NCBI GenBank assembly: GCA_012295275.1
Contig: CM022679.1
Location: forward strand, 21,886,001-21,950,000
DNA length: 64,000 nt
DNA from: Chrysomallon squamiferum
Taxonomy: Eukaryota > Animalia > Mollusca
Direction of reading: 5' to 3'
Position 1 is the first letter of the stretch. Every line of letters begins with the position of its first letter. Below are positions 1 through 15,393 of the stretch, piece after piece. A program made the translations under genes and the position numbers. The notes beneath the pieces were generated by a model, which saw only the letters and a program-made list of their open reading frames with translations, ran no database searches and had not been told where the DNA came from.

Positions 1-18
1 GAGTAAAATGGACACAAA

Positions 19-22
<4 letters not shown>

Positions 23-112
<90 letters not shown>
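23..112. repeat. (GA)n microsatellite, representative of many in the window
   Basis: Pure GA tract. Similar GA/TC tracts lie near 602, 3514, 4977, 5120, 7393, 10133, 11836, 12516, 15299, 15884, 16996, 17575, 17735, 23863, 36690, 53663, 58813, 59892 and 60800. Confidence 0.95.
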
Positions 113-114
<2 letters not shown>

Positions 115-222
115 ATCAGTAACTGAGCTAATATATTTATTAAACTTTTCCATTTATGTCACCGCGAAAGAAACGAATGAATTATTATTAGATAGATAGC
201 CAGAGATACGTAGGTAGGTAGG

Positions 223-318
<96 letters not shown>

Positions 319-594
319 CAGTTAGATAGGACAGAGACTAATAATAGATAAATATGTAAATAGATAGAACCAGAGAAGAAGAAAGTATTAGTAATTGTAA
401 GAATATATTTATCTTTTGAAGTCTGTGTATTTATATCAGTTTCATATCTATGTCGCACAGAGCGAGATAAAGAACAGACAGACAGAAACGAGAAAGAGAG
501 ATGAACATAATTTAAGATGAATATATTTATTAAGCCTGTTTTTATATATTAAGAGATATATACGGTACAAAAACCCAGAGAGAGAGATAGAAAG

Positions 595-652
<58 letters not shown>

Positions 653-3433
653 AGAAAAAGAGAGCGATAGATCGATAGATGGATAGATAGACAGACAGAC
701 AGACAGACAGAAAAAGAGATAAAAAGATTATAACCGTTATAAATTTATAAACATTATTTGTTATTGTTTTTGAGTTTGTGTGTTTTATCAAATGTCACAG
801 AATAATTACGACAAAAATCACTGTTCTTAATTTTACGTTTTATTTTATGGATTAATGAATTTCATGCGATTGTGCAATACGGCCTTTCAAGCTGTGGTGC
901 AACTTTTAATTATTGCGATCGATTGTAACAGCCGTGGAAAAAAAGAAAGAAAGAAAAAACAAAGCAAGAAAGACAGAAAGAAAGATGAAAGAATGAAAGA
1001 AAGAAAAAAGAAAGAAAGAAAAAGAAAGAAAGAAAAAAAGAGAAACTTTATATATACAATCTGTATGATCAACTAAAAAGAGAAACTTTACATTTACAAT
1101 CTGTGCGATCAACTGACAAAAAAAAAAAATGAAAAGGAAAATGAAAATAATCCTGAAACATATTTTGCTATGAAATCATCGTTATAAATAACGAAGTGTC
1201 AGCTATATTTTTAATACCGAAAGTGAAAGTAGGAAACGTAAAAAAAATGATAACGTAATTACATATTGAAAGTACATGCACTGAAAACAAGGAAAAACTA
1301 AATTTTTCCAGTGTACTATTGTTGTGAAAATGTCAGAGTCACTCGGGATGATGTGACTAACCTGGTTGATTATGCAAATAATTATAATTTATAATCGAAG
1401 TATATGTAATCGGAGATGAGCCGTACGGTAAAGGAATATTGGATTTTTGTATCGATGTTTCTTAATTCTATCAATACAGAACAGATGTATTTTGTTTTGT
1501 TAACTTTCAGTGTAGACGTTTTCGATTTTTTTATTTTTATTTTTATTTTTTTTTTGTCTGCCTTTCGCTCTTTCTTTCAGTCTTATTTTCATTTTTCTTT
1601 CTTCGTTTCTTTCTTTAGACTCCGTGTTTTCTGCGATTGTGTTCATTATTTATGTTTTAGCTGTGTACATTTATTTATTTACGTACATTTTTAATATTAT
1701 TCAACAAACTGTATCATCATCATAAAAAACATCATCGTAAATATTATTATTATTATCCTCATCATCATCAATATTATTATCATTATCATTATTATTACCA
1801 TTATTATTATTATGATTATTATTATCATCATCATCATAATTATTACGTCGTAACCTATAATAACAGTAGTAACATATAATAATGTTTTAAAGTTCCGATT
1901 AATAAGATGAACAAACGAACGAACGAACGAACGAACAAATAAATGAATAATAATAATAATAATAATAATTATTATTATTATTATTATTATTATTATGATT
2001 ATTATTATTATTATTGTAATTGTTGTATTATTTTACCATTATCATCATCATTACCATCGTCTTAACATCATCATTGTAATAATTATTACTGATATCATCG
2101 TCATAAAAATCATTATTGATGCTGCCTTCATCAACATCATTATTATTATTGCTATCGTCATTATCGTCTTCATTATTATCACCATTATAACGTCATCATC
2201 ATCAACACCGTCATTAACCTACGGTAATTATCAAACCAGACCTCCCCACCATAAAAAAAAAAAAAAAAAAATTCACCACGTCTACAGAGAGAGCTACTGC
2301 TACCTTGACGTGAACAATTGAACTTGGCTATGATTCAGTGCATGACTCAGACGAGAAGTTCTGGAGAAAGCATTTATGAGTCTATCTGTCTGCAAAACGT
2401 AGGGCTGGCTCTTAATTGTGTGTCCTTCGCTTCAATATATCGGAAGACGTATGAGTCAGTTAAAACAAGGCCACGTTGATATCATCGTTCACACGGTTCA
2501 CTGGCGTGAAAGCAAGCACGAAGGGACGTCGGATCGATCCCCCCCACCGCACGCATCCACCCCCACCCCTCGTGGGGCTCGTTGAATTAATTTTCGGCGT
2601 ATTTTTGTTTTGTTTCTGGTGTGTTTGTTTGTGTGTGTTCTGAGCGTTAACGCAGTAAGCTGTAAAAGGTCTCGATCATCGAATGAATGAGTGGACAAAG
2701 GGTTTGATGAACGAATAAATGATAATGGATGAATGATTAGCACATTATTGAATGAATTAGTGCGCGAATTAATCAGCGAATAGATAAATGAATTAATTAT
2801 CGAATGAATTAATGGAGAAGTGATGAATCAGCGATAAAATATAATAATTACGGTGATTAATAATAATTAAAAATTTAATCGATCGTCGATTTTTTTTTTA
2901 AATATACTGTATTATACACACACTTTGCATCACTAATACCTTTCAACCACAGAGGAATACAGGAAGAAGAAATACATTTTGAAGAACGAAATACTGAAAT
3001 TAAAATAAAAAATAAAAAAGTAGCAAAAAGAAGAAAACTTCGATAAAATCGATAAATAATACAAGTGTGATTAATAATAATAATAATAATAATAATGATA
3101 ATAATAATGATAATAATAATAATAATAGAGGCAATGGCAGTAACAGTATTAACACTATATTGTGACAAATACCACATCCTGGTTCCTAGAAACTCTTCGT
3201 GTTAACCAGGACGAGTTAAACGACAACATAATAACTAGTTTAGGTGTATTATTCAGAGTATGTCACACGTGAAAAGAAACGTTCTTACCTTTGTGTCACT
3301 CGGATTCTATACAGTTGATTAGTCACAGCAGAGAGTTCCTTTTGTGTCAATGTATATATATATATATATATATGCATGACTATATATGTATAACTATATG
3401 TATAACTATATATGTATAACATATATGTATAAC

Positions 3434-3467
<34 letters not shown>

Positions 3468-3510
3468 AATTTTATCTATCTCTCTCTCTTTGTATATATA
3501 AATATATATA

Positions 3511-3605
<95 letters not shown>

Positions 3606-3975
3606 CATACACATACACATACACACATACATACATACACATACACACATACATACATACATACACACATACATACATACACACACACACACATACATAC
3701 ATACATACATACACTTTCAATGACGAGTCACTGGTTAATGTTCAGGTTCGTATGTAGACGGGTAACTTTCTGTCATCTGGTCGTAAAAAATAAAATTAAC
3801 AAAATTGATTGCACATCGACTCATTCCTATGTCTACTTTTCTAACATCAACACCAGTATTTTCTCTGTTTTCTCAAGATGTGTTTTGAGTAGGTGAAAGC
3901 AAATGCATCGTTTCTAGAAGAGTACTCTATCATTATTTTTACATCCCATTTTCATCTTTATTTTATATATACATG

Positions 3976-4026
<51 letters not shown>

Positions 4027-4159
4027 TTCTTTTTTCTTCTTTTATTGCTTTCTTTAATAGTTTCTTTTTGATTCGCCCTTTGACAATGAGATAGATCATT
4101 CGTTTTCGTATAAAGATTCACGATTTTACATACTCAGATGAATAGCTAAGTAAATAATG

Positions 4160-4325
4160 TTATAATGGGCTGAGATTGACGACGGGGGCGGAATATCACG
4201 GATTTGTCACGTTCATGGAGCGAATCGATACCAGCTCTTTGAAAACCCGTGCTGGGTAAACAACTCGCGTGATGACGTCATCACCTTCCCGCAGCTAGCC
4301 GAAATCTTGCGACTTCGGTTTTCGT
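4160..4325. promoter_or_regulatory. CpG-rich candidate cis-regulatory module
   Basis: GC box ggggcgg, forkhead-like gtaaacaa, a 16-bp perfect palindrome gtgatgacgtcatcac (4269-4284) containing a full CRE, and E2F-like ttcccgc. Confidence 0.4.
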
Positions 4326-4975
4326 AGATGGAAAAAAAAAAAAAAAAAAAAAACAAACACCCACAAAAAAAAAAAAAAACAGAAGATAAAATAATAAATA
4401 AATAATAATGAGGCTTAAAAAAAAAAAAAAAAAAAAAAAAAGAAATTATTTAAAAAAATGTTTGTGATAAAGATGATTAATTTTTATTGAATTTATAACG
4501 CTCTCGATTTCAAAGAGGATATTTTTTCTCTTCTCTCTCTCTGACTAATGAGCTTGTAGTGCTCCCGGTTTGAATGATTATTCTTTTTATCTTTCTCTGT
4601 TAAACTGAAGAACATGAAACACTGTTAATTTAGAGCTAATGTTTGCCGAGCAATGAACGTGGGTGTACAGAAGATGCAATATTTGTTTACAAATAAGAAA
4701 AATAACATTGATTAAACACACGTTTTACAACTACAGTCAGTTAAAATGACTCTGATTATCGTAACAGTTGTAACGTAACAATATTTATTCTACTAGACCA
4801 CTGCTATTATAATTACTACTACTAAACCTAATGTTAACACTAGTAATCAGTTATTGTTTTTACAGTTAATCTTTCTTTCTCTGTGTCTTTCTGTCTCTCT
4901 GTCCATCTATCTCTGTCTCTCTCTGTCACCCTCTTTCTCTTTTTCTCTTAATATCTCTCTAGCTTTTTGTATTAT

Positions 4976-5019
<44 letters not shown>

Positions 5020-5111
5020 GGTTTGTGGGTGGGTGTGTATATGTTTATCTCGCTGTGTGTGTATGTGTATCTGTGTATGTATGTATGTGATTGTGTCTCT
5101 CTCTGTCTGTG

Positions 5112-5189
<78 letters not shown>

Positions 5190-6062
5190 TCTCCTTCTTA
5201 TTCATAGTTATTGCTGTACCACTGTATCGATACGTCTAACAAAACAATACCTATTCGTCATTTCAGTGAATCACAAATCACACAAAGTATTCTGGTATCT
5301 CATCTACATCTGTGAGAAATTACCCGTGTCCCTTTGAGTCACCGTTAATGAGTAATGCGAACATAACATTACTGAATGGCAAAACACGTACAGCTTAATG
5401 ATTTGTTCGGTATACAGTCTTACACGGTATACAGTCTCACACGCACACCACACACACACAAACTGACATGCACACGCACTAATACCTACAGATAAGCAGT
5501 CACGTACAACTTACACACGCAAATGCACACAAATACGCACATTCACAGATACAAATACACGTACAAATATATATATATATATATACATATATATCTGCAT
5601 AAAGATACAAATATACTCCAAAATACGCACAAAAATTTACCTTTATTTACTCAAATAATTTATATTAACAAAATTATATATATATATATATATATAATAA
5701 TTCATTGCGTTTGTAAAATACAGTTAAATTAAAAACGTAATTTCCAACGTCACAGGAATAATCAATCATTTGAACTTCGATCTCTTAGCAGTTATACAGG
5801 GAAATCTGAATTATTGGCTCTTGATCATAAATGCTTGAAATAAACGCAAAAAAAAAAAAAAATCATTCAGTAAAATGAACGATAAACAAAGAAAACTGAT
5901 ACATAATTCTAACGTTATGAGTACCATCAAAAATACGTCCAAACGTTAAACAATTTCAGATGATCGATAAAATCAAATTGTTTGTTAGTCATGCTTATTT
6001 TTAGCTATATTACGATAGCAGGCTGTATAAATAATGGAATCCACTACTGCGTGTAATTGTTA

Positions 6063-6136
<74 letters not shown>

Positions 6137-6214
6137 GTTGTTGTTGTTGTTGTTGCTTTTGTTATTGCTGTTGTTATTATTGTTGTTGTTGTTGTTGTTT
6201 TATTATTATTATTG

Positions 6215-6286
<72 letters not shown>

Positions 6287-7388
6287 GGTCTCTGAAAATT
6301 CGCTAAGCGTTGGATACACATAATTAACAAATCACAAAAGACAAAACAATAAAATAAACACATAAGTATATTTTTTCATTCACCATGCAGTCAGTCGTTA
6401 AGCCGCGATGCTATGGAGTAAAAACAAATACTAATTTATAAACTCATCTTAAAATAAACTTACAATAAAGAGCCAACCTTTCTACGGATTTTTTATTAAC
6501 AACAGACGATGTACTGAAAAAACTAATAAATAAATCAAGTTTACCTACGTTCGTTAATAACTTTTTGACATTTTTCTGAGATAAAAAAGAATGTCCGTTC
6601 TCGGTGAGAAAAAGTAAAATGTACAGAATGGTTACCTAGTTCATCTCGCATATTCTGCAATTAACAAGTACGTCAGACACACGCTGGTCTTTTTTCCCGT
6701 TCCAACCAGAGCATCAAAAGCGTTGTATATGTTTTCCTGTCCTCTGACGATTTGTTGTTTCTGTTCTATAAAAATAAAAAATAAAAAAAAAAAAAACAGA
6801 CCATGGAATCATCTCCTGTCTAAAGTGAGCATTACTGATTAAAAATAAATAAATAAATAAATAAATTTAAATTTAAAAAATGAAATAAATATACCACCCG
6901 ACATATTTGTATCATCAAAAGCTGTTAATTTTAAAAAGTATGGATGAATTTCTTTCTTTGTTAAAAAAAAAAAAAAAAAAAAAAAGGAAAGAAAAATGTT
7001 AATTCATTGATTTATTACATCAAGTATATTCTAAAGAATAATGTTAAAATATATTCAGGTTCTTTGTTGAAAAAGTTTAAAATTGGAAGATATATACATA
7101 CATGTACAAACACATACGTACGTACATACATACATCCATACATACATACATACATATATACATATTATAAATAATTGCTTCATTGAAAATTATCTTCATG
7201 AAAAAGAAGAAGAAGGAAAAAGAAGCTGCTCACGGAATGAGAAGAATGTTCCGGCAATTAAGTTATGACGTCAGATATAAGGTCTATTTTTACTCGCAAC
7301 ATGACGCATGGCATGTTTTGTCTGGGAGGGCAAACTTTAAACATAATCGTATTAGCTGATAACGTAATGTGAGTTAAATACCTTGTTC

Positions 7389-7470
<82 letters not shown>

Positions 7471-8149
7471 ATCATCTTTCACTAGTAATTTGAAGGTATA
7501 TTTCTAACAAAACGTTTGCATCAGAAATTACACAATGTGTTGTAAATGTGAAATTCGTTAATTAAAAAAAAAAAAAAACACAAAAAAAAATTAAATGTTT
7601 ATTCAGTCACACTTTGAAAAAAAAAAAAAAAAAAAAAAAAAAAACAAAAAAAGTGATATCATGAGTAAAAATTTCTGACGTCTCAAAATCTCCGCTGAAC
7701 CGTAATAAATCTTTTTCTTTTCTTTGTTAACAATCCATGGGAAATTCTGTTTCTCTTCTTCTTCCTGTTTTTTTTTTTTTTTTTTTTTTTAATGTTTTTT
7801 TTTTTTAAATTGTTTTATTTTTTTTTTTTTTCCATCATGATGAATTTTCAAGCTTACATCTGCCGCAGCATTGAATTCGATTCCAGTTGGGCGTCAGCAC
7901 GCAACACGACTGTGACACAAAGCACGCGCGTCTCTGCTTTTCGCACGTTCTTGACATCGGAGCGCGTGATAAGGATAACGATTTCGAAACCGTTGTCGTC
8001 TGTGATTGGTTTTTAAAATGTGTTTTTTTTTTTGTTTTGTTGTTTTTTTTATTGTTTTTTTTTACCTTAAACAAGCAACCTTTCTGTTCCGAAAAGGCAG
8101 ACTGCTATAGGCGTCATTAACATTAAAAATAATATATACTGATTAAAAA

Positions 8150-8182
<33 letters not shown>

Positions 8183-10134
8183 TTTAAAGGAAAAACGGAA
8201 AAAAAATTAAAATGTTTATAAATTATGTTTAATGTTTTATCTAATTATCTTTAATTTAGGATAACTGCTGTAGAGATTTTATTTTATTTTATTTTATTTT
8301 ATTTTATTTTGATTTTATAATATTCTTAATTCGATAACATGTTAATTTAATTCTAAAGTATTGTTAAATCAAAATTAATAACGTATTTATTTTTAATTAT
8401 TTTTTTTTTTTTTTTTTTTTTTTTTTTGTGCAGTGTATCATAAACATTATATCTAGATTTATTGTTACTTTATTGTAATCATCATCATTTTTATTTATTT
8501 ATTTATAATAAACCAGAAAGATAACTGAACTTGTGAGACTCTTCAGACCTCCCTTAGCAACCAAAAGGGGGATCCACCATTGACGTGCAATAACTGACCA
8601 TCATAGCAACGAGCCTTGAACTCGTATAGCTTCATGTGCACACACACGCACGCACACAAGAACACACATGCAAACATATATACACAAACATAAATAAGCA
8701 ACTAAACATTCATACGTGCATACAAAACAAAAAGAAGCATACGAGTAATTATGAACCCACGCACATACACATGCATATGCACATGCACACCCATGTACAC
8801 GGATACGAAGACGTGTAGAAAAACATCAACAGACACACTACACAGACAAACATATACGTATAAACATGTATACAAACTCAGACATTGACTCATATACACA
8901 AACACATACGTGCTTACATATGCACAAACAGACACAAATACACCCATATACTTACAAACACTCATGACTTAACTATGTTAATAAAACCGCAGATATATAT
9001 ATATACATATATATACACAAATGTACACATACACAATAAAAATCCCCAAATACAGACGCATCCTCTTAAACACACACGCACATCCACAAACATACGCACA
9101 CATGCAAATATGCACGTATGTATTATATACATTCACCGTACATACGAACATACAAACACACCAACACACATACACCCACTAGAACCCAGTTTACTTTGAA
9201 TAACAACACTCCAGTCTTATATTACCATTACCATCAGCATCTCCTGATACAGCCATAACGAGCTTCGCCATTTGAACGAACATTACTCCTCCCATCATCA
9301 TCATCACCCAAGTGATCTGTCGTTAATTATGTCAGTAAACCCTTTATTAACGTTTCTCATTTCTACTCCCTCCATCAAAAAAAAAAAAAAAAAATTATTA
9401 TAAACCGTTGCCTTATTAAACCACCACCCACCAATGGACGTCAAATGATGGGAGGGAGATCAAAAACAGGAAGGCGCGTATCAATTTGTTTTGTGTGCAG
9501 GTAAGAACTGAGTTTTTAATTTGACGTCATGACTCTACGTCCCCACCAACGCAGAGCCGACGTTAATCGACGTTCTCAGAATACGATCATGTGAGTTTGT
9601 TGACTTGGCTTGTGGAATATCATTTTGTTATTGCTTCGCCTCCAAGCTGGCCCCCGGAGGCGAGGTTTAAATGTTGACGGCGTCGTTGTGACCACGTAGT
9701 GAGAGAGAGAGCGAGACAGAGAGATAGAGAGAGAGAGAGAGATACGTGGGATGCTGCTGCCTGGGATTAGTTGCAGTTTATTGAATCGGTTGGCTGATTG
9801 AATTCGCGTCGCCAGTAACAATTGAATTCTTGTCGTTTTCAAGATGGAGAGGGTGGTGGGAAGAAAATGAAAGGAAGAGTGAGAGAGAGAGAGACAGAGA
9901 GAAAGAAAGAAAGAAAGTGAGAGAGAGACAGAGAGAAAGAAAGAAAGAAAGTGAGAGAGAGATAGATAGAGAGAAAAAGAAACAGAGAAACACACAAAGA
10001 GAGAAAGAGACATAAAGTGAAAGACAAAGAAAGAGAGAGACACAGAAAGCGAGTGAAAGAGAAAGAGACACAGAGAGAGACAGAGAGAAATAAAGAACGA
10101 GAAAGAGACATACAGAGACAGAGAGTGAAAGAGG

Positions 10135-10243
<109 letters not shown>

Positions 10244-10340
10244 AATACTGATATCGCTTTTCCTTTTCTTATACTTGTTATTGTTATTACTATTATTATT
10301 ATTATTATTATTGTTATTGCATTTATTATTATTATTGTTA

Positions 10341-10392
<52 letters not shown>

Positions 10393-10770
10393 AAGTACTA
10401 TTATTATCACATATATAACGTAGCTAATGGATTTTCACGACCTTATGACGGAGAAATTATAAATATTCCATTCTAACAACTACGAAACTTCATTATGCTT
10501 GTATGTTAATTCAGCTACGTAGGAGTGAATATTTATCACAGTAATCAGTTACTCTCAAATAATCTATCTTAATTTGTCACATAAATAATTATATCTCAGT
10601 CTATTGTTAAACAGATAAAACTACCTTCATTTCCATTCAACTGTGGAGGAAGGTTTATTTATTTAATTTTTAAACTTGGGTTTAAAAAACGTATACAATT
10701 GGGTTTAACCTGTTGTGGCATGGAATGAATGAATGAAAAAGTGTACATAGATATATAATAAATACATATC

Positions 10771-10859
<89 letters not shown>

Positions 10860-11314
10860 ACACACATACATATACAGTTTCATATATATATATATAATAC
10901 ATCTATGTATAGTTATTTATTCATCCAGGTCCTTCTTTCATTCACTCATTCATTTATTCATTTCAACTAATCTGTTCCTTTAATATTTATTTTCATTCAT
11001 TCATTCATTCCATACCGCTATGGGTTAAAGCCAGTTTTATACGTTAACCACGCTCTTTGCTTGCTTCTGGCTAGAATTCATAAATACCATAATCTACCAC
11101 GAATACAAATCATATAGTCTGTGTTAACCATCCCCTTAATTAATATGATTCACGACACATCACTCATGATTTCAAGCATACTACAGACACCGTAACGCAT
11201 ATCACTGTTAGACTATGCATCCATTGTTTTTTTAACTCTCCTTAAAACTGGCAAAATGACGAATTGTAATATTTTATAACGTGATGAAAACGTACACTAA
11301 CGTAGGGTGCAGAA

Positions 11315-11435
11315 ATATTACCTGGCAGATTATGTGGATTTTAGATCATGTTTCGTTATCCCGGATACACGGGGTGTCTCTTAAATATTGGGGTCTGTGT
11401 GTGTGTGATTGTGAAATTCGATTGCGAAATTTCCA
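11315..11435 (+). pseudogene. Possible highly degenerate U1 snRNA pseudogene
   Basis: Three collinear U1-like blocks: ata-ttacctggcag (U1 5' end ATACTTACCTGGCAG); gatcatg...gttatcccgg (stem-loop I); tgtgaaattcgattgcgaaattt (16/20 against U1 GAAACTCGACTGCATAATTT). Spacing is near-correct. Stem-loop II, the Sm site end and stem-loop IV are not recognisable. Confidence 0.35.
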
Positions 11436-11608
11436 TCAACTTGACATACTATTCTGTTGAAGAAAGGGTTTGAAAAATTGTCTCGAAGTCAAAGGACAGC
11501 TCATTAAATGTATTAGACGAATGCGCTAAATACCTTGTAACTCATTTCTAAATACTTCTTAAAATAAATAAATAAATAAATAACGAGACAAATGTGTGTA
11601 TTTGGGTA

Positions 11609-11660
<52 letters not shown>

Positions 11661-11691
11661 TATATATATACACACACACACACACATATAC

Positions 11692-11745
<54 letters not shown>

Positions 11746-11834
11746 CGTTCATATAGTAGCAGCTTACTTACGAGTCACCCTGTTATAATGTTTTTTTTAT
11801 GGTGCTTAATGTAGAAACCGTTAAATACACATAG

Positions 11835-11908
<74 letters not shown>

Positions 11909-12513
11909 AAATTATAAAGGACAAATTATGCCAACAGAACGTATTAACTATTACCTCCAGATTTTCAATTACAAATCATTATACAGTGTTTATTTTAATG
12001 CTGAGACATTACATATATAACGTGCATACTATACATAATTCTTTATGCCTTGCTTAACATAAATACCGTTAAATATACATAGCTTACGCTTGATTGAAAA
12101 CGGTAACACGTTGTATGCATAGTGCGAGTTAAAGTATTACCTTTATGTAAGTAAACTGTTTATTAGGATCACGTGTATCGTTCATGCCAGATTTCCTGTA
12201 TAGCGATGCGTAGTTATAATGACCGAGTTCTCTGTTAATCACACCAGGCGTTCACGGTTTTATCTGATAATATGTAGAGACCAGTACATTTTTTTTTTTT
12301 TTTTTTTTTTTGATAGTGTATAGTTTAATTATGTCACAACCCACACACACACACAAACATATACTTACATACGCTTATATAAAAAGCCAAACGTACAAGC
12401 GTACGTAAAAACAAGTATACAAATATTTATGCACACACACTAAATATACAAACGTACAGATGTATAGAGTTTTGGCTGCACACGTAGACTGTATGTTTGA
12501 ACATACATGATGC

Positions 12514-12746
<233 letters not shown>

Positions 12747-13040
12747 TACGATCGATAATTCCAATGAACCGTTGATAAAAAAAAAAAAAAAAACAGCTGA
12801 TCATAACACTCTGTTTCTGAGGGGGCGGTTAGAAATTGTTCATTGAGAGGGGGCGGTTTTAGAGGGGGTGTCTATTGATCCGTCATTGAAGCGCAACATC
12901 TTCTCACACCTCAACAAGGTTAGCAATTAATCCTGCGTTTAAATGACGTGGAGTCATGAACTTTCTGTACCAATCCCCTTTTTACATATTTCAGCAAAGA
13001 ATTCCGCGTTTTAATGAGATGTTCACTATGCGATGATCGC

Positions 13041-13078
<38 letters not shown>

Positions 13079-13315
13079 CAAGCTTGATAGAAAGACGAAA
13101 CTTGTTTGTGTCAAAGGTCATCAGTCTGAAGTCATTGGTTATAATGGTTTTGTTTTTGTCATTGTTTTTCAGTGAATAAAAATTAACGTCAGCTGTCCAA
13201 GTGCTAGGAGAAAAAAAAGAAAAAATTTTGTCGGAGATATTTTATTTCACAATCAGTATTGGCTTAAAAATGTTTGTGATTTAACGTTTATTGTGTTTTA
13301 TTTATTTATTTATTT

Positions 13316-13361
<46 letters not shown>

Positions 13362-14213
13362 TTTATTAGATTTTCATAGAAATTCTGAAAATGAGTCATG
13401 TGGCTTCCTATATCTCCAGTAATTGTTACAGTAAGTAATAAACTAAAACAATTCTTTACGACTTATGAAATTAAGTTTGTTCGGACGCAAAAATTAAAAA
13501 ATACAATTTTTCTACACTAAAACAGTTCTCAACTTTTACGAAACAAAAAAAAAAAAAAAAAATATTTAAAAAGAAAAATCGATAATTTCTTCCACTTTTT
13601 TATTTTTAGTTTAAAAATCAATAATAAAAATATGTCTGTCTATTTTCTCCGTCTGTCTGTTTATCTGTCTACTTATTTGACTGTATTTGTCTGTACGTTT
13701 GTCTGTCTGTACGTTTGTCTGTCTGTTCATCCATTTATTTATCTGTATGTCTGTTTATCTGTCTGTCTAGTTGTTTTCATAATACTTTCAACTCTATTTG
13801 AAACGTACGTGTATTTTCAAAGTGAAGATTATTACAAAATTTTCTTTCTTACTGTTTTATAAAATGCGTTATATATATATATATCTATATGAAGTTTAAA
13901 CCTATTTATGTAACAAACAGTATTAACATAGGATGAATTCTGACTTGTTTAAGAGTTATTTTGAGTTATTTCCGAGTTATTTTCAGGGATGGGTATTACA
14001 CTGGACCAGTCCAAGATGGACTTTCTCCATTACGTAGTACGTTTGTTAGCCCCATGTCGTTTGCAAATAAGAACATGCAAGAAAGAAATGTTGATTGCTG
14101 ATTGAAAACATTAATCATTTATTAATCATTTCCATCCCCTTCAGTAAATTGTTTTATTGTCATAATCACCATTGTCATCATCATCATCATCACTATCATC
14201 ATCATCATCATCA

Positions 14214-14255
<42 letters not shown>

Positions 14256-14280
14256 CCACTACTATTATTGTTATTATTAA

Positions 14281-14311
<31 letters not shown>

Positions 14312-14577
14312 GACGTTGGTCAAGGAGGTAGTAGATGTGTACCGTCATCGCCATCTACATATTTAGTGCTCTTCAAGTTACGCTGATGGAAGAGTCTACA
14401 CAAATAACTCAGAGAAAGACACAGACACACATATGTACAGACAAACATTTTACAAACGAGTAACTGTAGGAAAAAAAAAAACTCACAGAAAATAAAATAT
14501 ATATATTTATAAATACAAATATATAATCATACAAATATATACACATAAAAATACTCCCACACAAATAAGCATATCCG

Positions 14578-14613
<36 letters not shown>

Positions 14614-15276
14614 TACTTACACATTCACATTCAAGCACATACAAATTCACACAAACATAGACTCACACGCATGCACGCATAGATATGCATACGTACAAGA
14701 AATACTAATGCACACATAAAAAAAAAAAAAAAACCCTGATGTATAGATACCAAACTTAAACAAGGAAGAAAAGAAAACCTTGCATCAAAATAAAAAATAA
14801 ATAGGAAGTATAAAAGACATAAAAAATAAGGAAAATCTTAGACAGTTTATGTTTGTTTTATAACAAAGTGGGTACATAAACAGTTAATCTGTGTACGAGG
14901 AAGTAGAATGGGAGATAAGGAAGTCAGATTAAATAAAGACGTTTTTTTTTCTTACTGTTAGCCAATGCATCAAAAACAGCGTAGTGCTGTTAATGTAGTC
15001 GTTATTCGTATGCATTTTTGTTAACGGTGACATCGTTGTCGCAGTTGTAATGGTTGTAAAATGTGGATTATTATTATTATTATTATTGTTGTTGTTGTTG
15101 TTGTTGTTGGTGATGTTGTTGTTGTTGTTGTTATTATTATTGTCGTTGTTGTTACTGACTTTGGGATTATTGTTGATAATATCACTCGCGATATATGCTT
15201 GTTGTATTTGTATATGTGTGTGTATGATATGTATTTGTGTTTGTTGTGTATGTGTATACACGTAAGCATTTGTGAA

Positions 15277-15393
<117 letters not shown>

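Noticed and set aside
14324-14366. let-7-like sequence ggaggtagtagatgtgta with a small hairpin (gtagatg...catctac)
   Set aside because: It lacks the 5' U of TGAGGTAG and the CTATAC star arm. The stem is too short for a pre-miRNA and adjoins simple repeats.
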